A program made the translations under genes and the position numbers. Below, piece by piece: positions 1 through 6,554 of a stretch of 28,277 nucleotides of DNA; positions within the stretch are counted from its first letter, which is position 1; every line of letters begins with the position of its first letter. The notes under the pieces were generated by a model. That model did not search any database, was not told the DNA's origin, and was given only the letters and a program-made list of their open reading frames with translations. The DNA is taken from the IMG/VR virus record IMGVR_UViG_2913167280_000009, positions 1 through 28,277 of that record; one strand, 5' to 3'. This DNA comes from a virus. Lineage: Duplodnaviria > Heunggongvirae > Uroviricota > Caudoviricetes.

Positions 1-993
1 TTAACTCAATAACCAGACCAATATCACGATGATGGCGGTCAGCAATATCCACAGGCTGGGGCGCATGGCCATTTCTTGCATCGTGTTAATGAATGGCGTA
101 AAGGGATTGAGCAACGGTTGAATATCTCGCGGTTCAATCCCATTCACCCGCCGTTGATAAAGCTGGTTGAGGATATCCTCGGCCTGTGCGGAAGTCAGGG
201 CTGAATGCTGAGAAAGGCCATATTTTTTCTCAACATAGCTCGATAATACTGTCAACTCGCTGGCATCCAGTGGCTGTTTTAGCGCCATCTGAAGCGACTC
301 CAGTGTCGGTGTATTTTGCTGACTTAACACCTGGCGTGCCTGCAACCAGGTAACCAGGTGGGTAAACATTTTGGCCGGGATCAACTCTCCATTTTTTACC
401 CCAGAAAGTTCCAGCATAGATTGCCAAATCTGTTTGCTGGGTTCTCCTGTTGCCGCCGCGAGTTTAGTCACCAGTTGCTTAAGCGTATTGTGTTCTGCCG
501 GTAGCAAAGGGCGATCGGTCGCCTGGCGCTGTTGCGGCTGCGGAATAACCATCTTCCCTTCCTGTAACAGCGTCAGGACGGTTTTTAATTGCTCCGGTGA
601 GAGTTGATTCAGCGGCGTCTGACCAAAGTTATGACGAATGTAATCTGTGACCGCCTGACGATTATTCCCCAGTCGTAAGTACTCGCTCAATTGCGCCAAA
701 AGCTGGCGGACAGAATGGCTTTCTTGCGCGGCCAGTAAACGTTGTGCAAGGTTTTGTTCTGCGGCGGGGAAATTGCGTGAAAGTAACGGTGAATCGCCCG
801 GCAGACCGATGTCGTGCTTTATACCAGCCCACAATTCCGCGCTCTGCTGTTGCGTCAGCGAAGTCACTTTGGTTATCAAACTTTCCAGCACTGTACGTTG
901 CAAGCTGGATAAAGGCTGATTGCCTGCGCCAGACGACAGTTTATCCCCCTGACCCGGTGGTTGCCCAGGAGGGGCGGAAATTGGTTGTATCAT
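1..993 (-). CDS. flk: Flk-like C-terminally anchored membrane protein (probable flagellar biosynthesis regulator Flk); likely host flank
   Basis: 330-aa ORF, Gln/Leu-rich, single C-terminal hydrophobic anchor (SLWILLTAIIVILVWLLS); length and architecture fit enterobacterial Flk. Recognition is from memory and unverified. Confidence 0.5.
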   Translation of the reverse strand: MIQPISAPPGQPPGQGDKLSSGAGNQPLSSLQRTVLESLITKVTSLTQQQSAELWAGIKHDIGLPGDSPLLSRNFPAAEQNLAQRLLAAQESHSVRQLLAQLSEYLRLGNNRQAVTDYIRHNFGQTPLNQLSPEQLKTVLTLLQEGKMVIPQPQQRQATDRPLLPAEHNTLKQLVTKLAAATGEPSKQIWQSMLELSGVKNGELIPAKMFTHLVTWLQARQVLSQQNTPTLESLQMALKQPLDASELTVLSSYVEKKYGLSQHSALTSAQAEDILNQLYQRRVNGIEPRDIQPLLNPFTPFINTMQEMAMRPSLWILLTAIIVILVWLLS

Positions 994-1198
994 TACGTAT
1001 CCTTATACCTGAAATCATCGCAAGTATGCCTGGCCGCGAGATTATGGCACACTTGTCCGGTTAACTCTCGTTCTCATACAGGTACCACAAACGTGAAAAT
1101 CCTTGTTGATGAAAAAAATAATGATTTAATTTATTGATATAAAAGGATTTGTATCATCGCGTGTCCACGCAGTGACCACATTTTCGAGAGGTAGAGTA

Positions 1199-1225
1199 AG
1201 CCCGCAACATTGCGGGCTTTGTCTT
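1199..1225. terminator. GC-rich hairpin (AGCCCGC-N6-GCGGGCT) followed by a T-rich tract on the + strand, at the 3' end of the methyltransferase gene
   Basis: Inverted repeat read directly; T-rich tail only on + strand, so its role for the - strand MTase gene is uncertain. Confidence 0.35.
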
Positions 1226-2015
1226 ATGGTTCGATCGCCGTTTTGAGCCGTTGTGTTGCTACATCAAAATAATGATCACTGGTTTCTATACCAATAAATT
1301 TGCGTCCTGCTTTCAGTGCTGCAATACCCGTTGTTCCTGACCCCATAAAAGGATCAAGGACTGTTCCGCCACTATTCGCAGTCCTGACCAGTTCTGCCAT
1401 AAGTTCTTCTGGTTTTCCGGTCGGATGCAGTTTCTTTGACGGGGTAACCGGGAACGTCATGCAGCCGTCGAACGGTCCCGAAGGCGATTTACCTAAATGG
1501 CCTTTGCTACCCCAGACGATGTATTCGCACTGATGCCGGAAATACCCGGTATGGGGTGTTCGTGACCCCCTCCCTTTGTTCCACGCAACGATTCCACGCC
1601 ATGTAAAGCCGCTGGCCTGAAACGCATCGGTTAAAGCTGGCAGTTGCCGCCAGTCAGTAAACACCAGGGCATAACCGCCCGGCCTGACTGCGCGGTATGC
1701 CTGTGCCATCCATAATTGTGTCCAGTAAGCCCACGAACGGGCATCCATGTTTTCACCCGCAAATCCATCAAAGCGGTGAAGGTTCTTGTCGTTCAGATAT
1801 TTTGCATGGCTGCCCTGGTTGGTGCGTCCCGCCTTGTGTGTTGCCCCTGAACTGTAAGGCGGATCAGTGATTAAGGCATCAATGCTTTCTGGCTCAATCA
1901 GCGGCAATATTTCCAGTGCATTCCCACAGCAGAGCGTGGCATTGTCAGTCTGGTAAATCTTAGTGTATTCCGGGGTATGGGCTGTTTTGTGCTGGATTGC
2001 GATCCCCACGGTCAT
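1224..2015 (-). CDS. DNA amino-methyltransferase (N6-adenine or N4-cytosine), beta-class motif order
   Basis: 263 aa; DPPY catalytic motif near the N-terminus (ITDPPYSSG) and SAM-binding FxGxG motif near the C-terminus (LDPFMGSGTTGIAA). Confidence 0.85.
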   Translation of the reverse strand: MTVGIAIQHKTAHTPEYTKIYQTDNATLCCGNALEILPLIEPESIDALITDPPYSSGATHKAGRTNQGSHAKYLNDKNLHRFDGFAGENMDARSWAYWTQLWMAQAYRAVRPGGYALVFTDWRQLPALTDAFQASGFTWRGIVAWNKGRGSRTPHTGYFRHQCEYIVWGSKGHLGKSPSGPFDGCMTFPVTPSKKLHPTGKPEELMAELVRTANSGGTVLDPFMGSGTTGIAALKAGRKFIGIETSDHYFDVATQRLKTAIEP

Positions 2016-2166
2016 TGCTCCTCATGTGTGTGGGGTGCTCGATGGCTCTCGTTATCTGGTTAAGGGTTTTGCAACGCGGACATTTTATTTCAATGTGGTG
2101 AAATGAGGCGCGGGCAAGTAATTTATAGCAATTTTTGCATCGTATATTTTGCATCATCTGCGGCAC
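1960..2166 (-). CDS. com: Com-like zinc-finger protein (homologue of phage Mu translational activator Com); true start probably at 2154 (MQNIRCKNC)
   Basis: Translation IRCKNCYKLL...HIEIKCPRCK matches Mu Com (IRCKNCNKLL...HIEIRCPRCK); two CxxC pairs; 3' end overlaps the MTase start by 56 nt. Confidence 0.7.
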   Translation of the reverse strand: MPQMMQNIRCKNCYKLLARASFHHIEIKCPRCKTLNQITRAIEHPTHMRSNDRGDRNPAQNSPYPGIH

Positions 2167-2194
2167 CTCTTGTGTGGTTACTGCTGCCGATATG

Positions 2195-2214
2195 ATAACA
2201 AATTGATTTGTTAT
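2195..2214. promoter_or_regulatory. Near-perfect 20-bp palindrome ATAACAAAT-TG-ATTTGTTAT about 30-40 bp upstream of com; candidate operator
   Basis: Read directly; 9-bp perfect arms with a 2-bp asymmetric centre, placed where the com-MTase promoter must lie. Confidence 0.4.
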
Positions 2215-2231
2215 GCCTATTGCTTACGGGT

Positions 2232-2255
2232 GGTGCCCTCATTTGTGAGGGTGCC
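2232..2255. other. Stable stem-loop (GGTGCCCTCA / TGAGGGTGCC, two G-U wobbles, loop TTTG)
   Basis: Inverted repeat read directly; lies in the hok 3' region / com upstream region. Confidence 0.35.
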
Positions 2256-2263
2256 AAAAAGAA

Positions 2264-2289
2264 AACCCGCAGTATTTACGCTGCGGGTT
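2264..2289. terminator. Bidirectional rho-independent terminator (AACCCGCAG-loop-CTGCGGGTT) flanked by A-run and T-run; terminates the hok transcript on the - strand
   Basis: Perfect 9-bp stem, 8-nt loop, T-rich tracts on both strands. Confidence 0.6.
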
Positions 2290-2345
2290 TTCTTGTTTGT
2301 GTCCATGGGATAGGGTGCCACTTCGGCCAGCCTTAGCAACCGATT

Positions 2346-2367
2346 GACGGGGGATTGCTCCCCCGTC
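2346..2367. other. GC-rich hairpin (GACGGGGG-ATTGCT-CCCCCGTC) 10 nt downstream of the hok stop codon
   Basis: Perfect 8-bp stem read directly; no U-tract, so more likely an mRNA structural/stability element than a terminator. Confidence 0.4.
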
Positions 2368-2376
2368 GCGGTTTCC

Positions 2377-2517
2377 TTACTGCTTACACTGTAAGAACGC
2401 CGCAAACTCCGCTCCCCAGAAGCTCATCCGTATTTCACACAGCGAACCGTGCAGCATCCAGATGATAAGGGTTGCCGTCACGCAGAACGTGATGGCCATC
2501 AGCGATTTTTGCGACAT
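2377..2517 (-). CDS. Hok/Gef-family type I toxin (small membrane toxin); not in the supplied ORF track because it is under 60 aa
   Basis: Hand translation of the - strand gives MSQKSLMAITFCVTATLIIWMLHGSLCEIRMSFWGAEFAAFLQCKQ (46 aa): N-terminal TM helix, conserved SLCEIR and E-AAFL-CK motifs of the Hok family; RBS AGGAG 8 nt upstream of ATG. Confidence 0.7.
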   Translation of the reverse strand: MSQKSLMAITFCVTATLIIWMLHGSLCEIRMSFWGAEFAAFLQCKQ

Positions 2518-2709
2518 AGCACTTGCTCCTTTGTTGGAGAGGCGCTAACCTGTCACTTGCGAAGGTTATGTGGTTAGTGCCCCGAGTTGAACATAAAAGT
2601 TTAACCGGGGCCTTTCCACATCTGGCCTTCGGGTATTCCCTCCAGCCATCAGCCGAAAGGCACCCGCGCGTAATCTATCGCTTTTTTGTTACTCCGGCAA
2701 TTCAGCCTG

Positions 2710-2970
2710 TTAATTCTGAGGTAAGGGCAAACTCATCTGGTTGTTTCCCCTGTGTGAAGCTGGTAGCTCATTCCACGGGATGCCCTCTGAAGAGTGAACG
2801 CAGGGGGCGTGTTTCGATGTGAATTTATGGAAAGCCTCCAGTGTTGAGAAGCATACGCCGCATTCCAGGTTGTTACACTGGTAATATTTTTTCCGTACGG
2901 TATCTGAATCATTTTCCGAACGACTGGTGCGGATACGGGCAGATGCGCCACAAAGCGGACAACGGAACAT
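2710..2970 (-). CDS. ogr: Ogr/Delta-family zinc-finger late gene transcription activator
   Basis: N-terminus MFRCPLCGASARIRTSR...YYQCNNLECGVCF matches P2 Ogr (MFHCPLCQHAAHARTSR...YHQCQNVNCSATF), Cys4 finger; immediately downstream of D as in P2. Stop position (86 aa vs 72 in P2) less certain. Confidence 0.8.
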   Translation of the reverse strand: MFRCPLCGASARIRTSRSENDSDTVRKKYYQCNNLECGVCFSTLEAFHKFTSKHAPCVHSSEGIPWNELPASHRGNNQMSLPLPQN

Positions 2971-3012
2971 AGCGACCTCCCTTAACGTGGTGCTGCCGCT
3001 ATTCTAAGTTGC

Positions 3013-4113
3013 TCACTCTGTTTCTGCTATCCATTCCGGGATTTTTGCTTCAAGCTCAAGCTGAGTGGTAAAGCCGCTGTTGTCAATGGTGTGCTCGGCT
3101 TTTGCAATAATCCAGTCCTGATTATCAATCTCGCTTTTAAAGCCTGTTACCGTGCCATGCATTTCGGGATAGAGTTCTGCTCGTCCACGTGCCAGCGTGA
3201 TGGAAAATGATGCGGCTCCACGTTGTAGCTGCTGCCACTTTGCCGCCGCTGCGCGTCTTGCTGCCTGCTCGTTCTGATAAGTCTTGCGTAACACAAACAC
3301 GTTGCCTTCCGCGCCTTCCATATAGTCGCCTTCCCGGCTGCTGCTTTTCTCCTTTTTCGGTTTGCGGCGTTTCACGCTGACTTTTTTCTTTTTCCCGTAA
3401 TTAAGATCAAGCCAGTAGGCGCGTACACCCGTATACGCCTCGCGGTCAGCAATGCGAAACTGATGGCGATCGCCGCTGCTGCGTGTGATGGCAAACGATG
3501 GCAATGGTTTTCCCTGCGCGTTCACGCCACCACCTGGCATGATGAATAACAGATTACCGCTTTTTACCGTGGTGATTGCGCCCAGCATTTCCGCCATGCG
3601 TGTAAGGAAGGACATGTCGCTTTCTTCGGTCTGGTCTGCGTGGTCGATTTCGATATCCATCAGCATTTCGCTGATTTGCGGTTTCAGGCCGTATCGGTGA
3701 GCAATTGCAGACACCACGCGTTCAACGGTCACATCATGCCAGGATACTTCGCGCTTGACGTTAAATTCATCCCGAAAATCTGCGCTTCTGGCTGAAATGG
3801 TCAGTCTGTCTGGCGGTCCTTCATGAGCAATTTCATCAACAATGTAAGTGCCTTTTTCAGTCAGCGGTTCCCCTTTCCAGCCAATGAGAACCGTCAGGCG
3901 AGCGCCCCGTGGCGGCAACTGCAACTGACCATCAGCATCATCCAGCGTGATGGTGAGCTGGTCTGCCTCAAATCCCCGGTTGTCGGTCAGTGACAGGCTC
4001 ATCAGGCGTTCTGCCACACCGGACAGCGTTTTCCCCTCCGCGAGAATATCAAAATCAGGCATCTTCACGGGGTCAGTACTCTGGTTGAACAGTTGCATGG
4101 TGGTGTTAATCAT
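3013..4113 (-). CDS. D: Tail protein D (late control gene D family)
   Basis: About 366 aa from the Met at 4113, which has GGAGG 6 nt upstream; the ORF track extends to 4245. Family assignment is by recognition of gpD-like sequence and by the D-ogr adjacency, not by a search. Confidence 0.8.
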   Translation of the reverse strand: MINTTMQLFNQSTDPVKMPDFDILAEGKTLSGVAERLMSLSLTDNRGFEADQLTITLDDADGQLQLPPRGARLTVLIGWKGEPLTEKGTYIVDEIAHEGPPDRLTISARSADFRDEFNVKREVSWHDVTVERVVSAIAHRYGLKPQISEMLMDIEIDHADQTEESDMSFLTRMAEMLGAITTVKSGNLLFIMPGGGVNAQGKPLPSFAITRSSGDRHQFRIADREAYTGVRAYWLDLNYGKKKKVSVKRRKPKKEKSSSREGDYMEGAEGNVFVLRKTYQNEQAARRAAAAKWQQLQRGAASFSITLARGRAELYPEMHGTVTGFKSEIDNQDWIIAKAEHTIDNSGFTTQLELEAKIPEWIAETE

Positions 4114-4270
4114 CGGCTTCCTCCCTGTGCAGCATGGTCGCATGTGTGTGCGGGCGGGGTTACTGCTTTTTGTTGTCGCCGGGCGGCAAGAACGGCGCAG
4201 GGATGAGATTACGCGCGTGGTGGGTGATGATTGTTGCCGAATCATTTAACGGATACAAGGGGCTGGAACT

Positions 4271-5455
4271 ATGAGTGAAACTCGCTTTCATGGCGCCCGC
4301 GTTACGGAAAGTACCGACCTGGTAACAGCAATTAACGACGTTGATTCCAGCGTTATCGGTATCGTGGCAACGGCGGACGATGCGGACGCGAAGCTGTTCC
4401 CGCTGAACAAGCCCGCATTAGTGACCCGCGTCAATGACGTGCTGGGAAAATGCGGGACAACGGGGACGCTTTACCGTGCGCTAAAACCCATTGCAGACCA
4501 GGTGAGCACAAAAGTGATTGTGGTTCGCGTGGCTGAACACAAAGAAGAAGACGGAAAAACACAGGATCAACTGGTTATCGGTGGTTCTGAATCCGACGGC
4601 AGCTATACGGGGATGTATGCGCTGCTTGTTGCAGAGCAGGATGAAAGCATTGGGTACCGTCCGCGTATTCTGGCCGCGCCGGGCCTGGATACGGAGGCGG
4701 TGACCAAATCCCTGTGCGTGATTGCAGGTAAACTGCGCGCGTTTGTATATGCCTCATGTCACGGCTGCAACACGATGGCTGAAGCCATTGCGTACCGTGA
4801 AAAATTCAACGAACGCGAGCTGATGCTCCTGTGGCCGGACTTCATCGCTTACAACCCGAAAAGTGGCGAGAATGAGGTTTTCCCCGCGCCTGCCTACGCG
4901 TGCGGCCTTCGTGCGTACATTGACCATGAGCAGGGCTGGCACAAATCGCTGTCCAACGTTCCGGTCAAAAATGTGCTGGGGATGTCCAGGCATGTGTTCT
5001 GGTCGTTGCAGGCCGAAGACAGCGATGCCAACAGCCTCAACAACAAAGAAATCACAACCATCATTCGCCGCAACGGGTTCCGCTTCTGGGGTAACCGTAC
5101 GCCGGAAACGAACGCCTACATTTTTGAGGTGTATACCCGAACCGCACAGGTGCTGGCTGACACGGTTGCGGAAGCGCAGTTTGAAACCATCGACAGTCCA
5201 CTGACGCCTGCGAACGTGAAGGATGTTATCAGCGCTATGAGGGCAAAACTTGATTCGCTGGTTACTGCCGGGAAACTGATTGGCGCATCGTGCTGGTATG
5301 ACATCGTGGATAACAGCACCACAGAATTGCGACAGGGGCGCGTGCGTATTCGCTATAAATATACGCCCGTTCCTCCGCTGGAAGATATGGAGCTTTACCA
5401 GGCGTTCACTGATGAGTTCTTTGGTCCTGCATTTGCAGTGCTTGGAGGTGCTTAA
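4271..5455 (+). CDS. FI: Contractile tail sheath protein FI
   Basis: 394 aa; long colinear matches to P2 FI (FPLNKP, RPRILAAPGLDT, KLRAF, RELM..WPDF, EQGWHKSLSNV, RRNGFRFWGNRT, YTRTAQV, YTPVPPLE). Confidence 0.95.
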   Translation: MSETRFHGARVTESTDLVTAINDVDSSVIGIVATADDADAKLFPLNKPALVTRVNDVLGKCGTTGTLYRALKPIADQVSTKVIVVRVAEHKEEDGKTQDQLVIGGSESDGSYTGMYALLVAEQDESIGYRPRILAAPGLDTEAVTKSLCVIAGKLRAFVYASCHGCNTMAEAIAYREKFNERELMLLWPDFIAYNPKSGENEVFPAPAYACGLRAYIDHEQGWHKSLSNVPVKNVLGMSRHVFWSLQAEDSDANSLNNKEITTIIRRNGFRFWGNRTPETNAYIFEVYTRTAQVLADTVAEAQFETIDSPLTPANVKDVISAMRAKLDSLVTAGKLIGASCWYDIVDNSTTELRQGRVRIRYKYTPVPPLEDMELYQAFTDEFFGPAFAVLGGA

Positions 5456-5967
5456 TGGCCGTACCAAAACATCTTCGTTTTTTTACGCTGTTTGTGGATG
5501 GTGAAAATGAAGTGGGTAAGGTGACGTCTGTCACCCCGCCTAAACTGACGCGTAAAACCGACAGCTATCGTGGTGGTGGCATGATGGGGGCGGTGAGTAT
5601 CGACCTCGGTCTGGACGATTCCGCGCTTGATGCGAGTTTTGTCATGGGTGGCGCCGTTCGTGCGCTGTTCCTTAAATATGGCGGAACAATGGACGGCACG
5701 CTGCTGCGTTTTGCGGGTGAATACTACACCGATGCAGAAAGCGACCTGTATGAAATCGAGATGCGCGGGCGTGTGACGGAAATTGATATGGGGGAGGCCA
5801 AACAGGGCGAAGCCACGTCACACACTTACGCTGTCAAAAACACCTACTACAAGCTGAGTATTAACGATCGTCCGGTGTGGGAAATTGACCTGGTGAACCA
5901 CATCTACCGGAAGGATGGCAAGGACATTGTACCCGACCGCATCCGCTCCGCGCTCGGGCTCGGCTGA
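5455..5967 (+). CDS. FII: Tail tube protein FII
   Basis: 170 aa, start overlaps FI stop (TAATG); size and position as P2 FII. Confidence 0.9.
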   Translation: MAVPKHLRFFTLFVDGENEVGKVTSVTPPKLTRKTDSYRGGGMMGAVSIDLGLDDSALDASFVMGGAVRALFLKYGGTMDGTLLRFAGEYYTDAESDLYEIEMRGRVTEIDMGEAKQGEATSHTYAVKNTYYKLSINDRPVWEIDLVNHIYRKDGKDIVPDRIRSALGLG

Positions 5968-6021
5968 TAAGTAATATGCAGGCGGCGCAGTGCGTCGCCT
6001 CTGACTGAAAGGAGTTTTCTG

Positions 6022-6390
6022 ATGAAAGAGACGAAAAATACCAATACTGAAAACGCTGTGGTGGTTGCTGATACTGCGAAAGAAACCAGCGAGCGCGGCG
6101 TAAAACTTACCCAGCCAATTGAGCGAGGCGACGAAAAAATCACGTATGTGGAGATCACCGGGGCTATTGAGCAGGCTGGATCCCTGCGTGGTCTGTCGCT
6201 GTCTGATGTGCTGAATCTGAAAGCGGAATCCATGTTTACGCTGTTGTCACGCGTGACATCACCGCGACTGGATGAAGTGACGATCAAAAAAATGGCATCC
6301 TGTGACTTTATTCAGTTATGTGTGGTTGCCGTAAATTTTTTGAGCGGTGCGGACTCTGGCGGGAAGAACGAACAGGCGACGGAAGCCTGA
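6022..6390 (+). CDS. E: Tail assembly chaperone E (zero-frame product)
   Basis: 122 aa acidic protein between tube and tape measure genes; strong RBS AAGGAG. Confidence 0.85.
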   Translation: MKETKNTNTENAVVVADTAKETSERGVKLTQPIERGDEKITYVEITGAIEQAGSLRGLSLSDVLNLKAESMFTLLSRVTSPRLDEVTIKKMASCDFIQLCVVAVNFLSGADSGGKNEQATEA

Positions 6391-6554
6391 TCACGGTTGT
6401 GTGCTTTGAGCACATAGAAGACTTTGTGGCAGATATTGCCGTTATTTTTAACTGGTCGCCCGCCGAAATCTTCATGATGACGCCCGGCGAAGTGGTTAGC
6501 TGGCGTGAGCGGGCGGCACTTCGCAGTGGGAATGCAGACGATGAAGACTCTTGA
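6022..6554 (+). CDS. Tail assembly chaperone E+E' (frameshift fusion product)
   Basis: E frame to the slippery site at 6336-6342, then -1 frame (ORF 6318..6554) to stop at 6554; equivalent to P2 E/E' and lambda G/GT. Confidence 0.7.
6336..6342 (+). other. Programmed -1 ribosomal frameshift slippery heptamer T TTT TTG
   Basis: In the E frame the codons are AAT TTT TTG (N-F-L); the -1 frame continues open to 6554 and reads SPAEIFMMTPGEVVSWRERAALRSG, the conserved E' extension. Confidence 0.75.

Noticed and set aside
230-1064. ORFs 230..427 (-), 371..607 (+) and 744..1064 (+) overlapping the Flk-like gene
   Set aside because: Alternative-frame or antisense ORFs inside a longer, coherent coding region; no RBS or recognisable family.
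2217-2405. 62-aa ORF on the - strand
   Set aside because: Runs through the terminator and hairpins downstream of hok and overlaps the hok 3' end in another frame; no RBS; better explained as structured non-coding RNA.
2523-2951. 99-aa + strand ORF (2523..2822) and 72-aa alternative-frame ORF (2733..2951)
   Set aside because: Both overlap the well-supported ogr reading frame or the hok leader region; the Ogr zinc-finger translation is the coherent one.
4114-4270. Ogr-dependent late promoter motif (TGT-N12-ACA) in the D-FI intergenic region, and likewise in the O-P region 22087-22240
   Set aside because: TGT and ACA triplets are present but not at the correct 12-bp spacing by my manual count, so no specific site is claimed.
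4754-5467. 237-aa antisense ORF inside the sheath gene
   Set aside because: FI identity on the + strand is unambiguous; this is a GC-rich antisense artefact.
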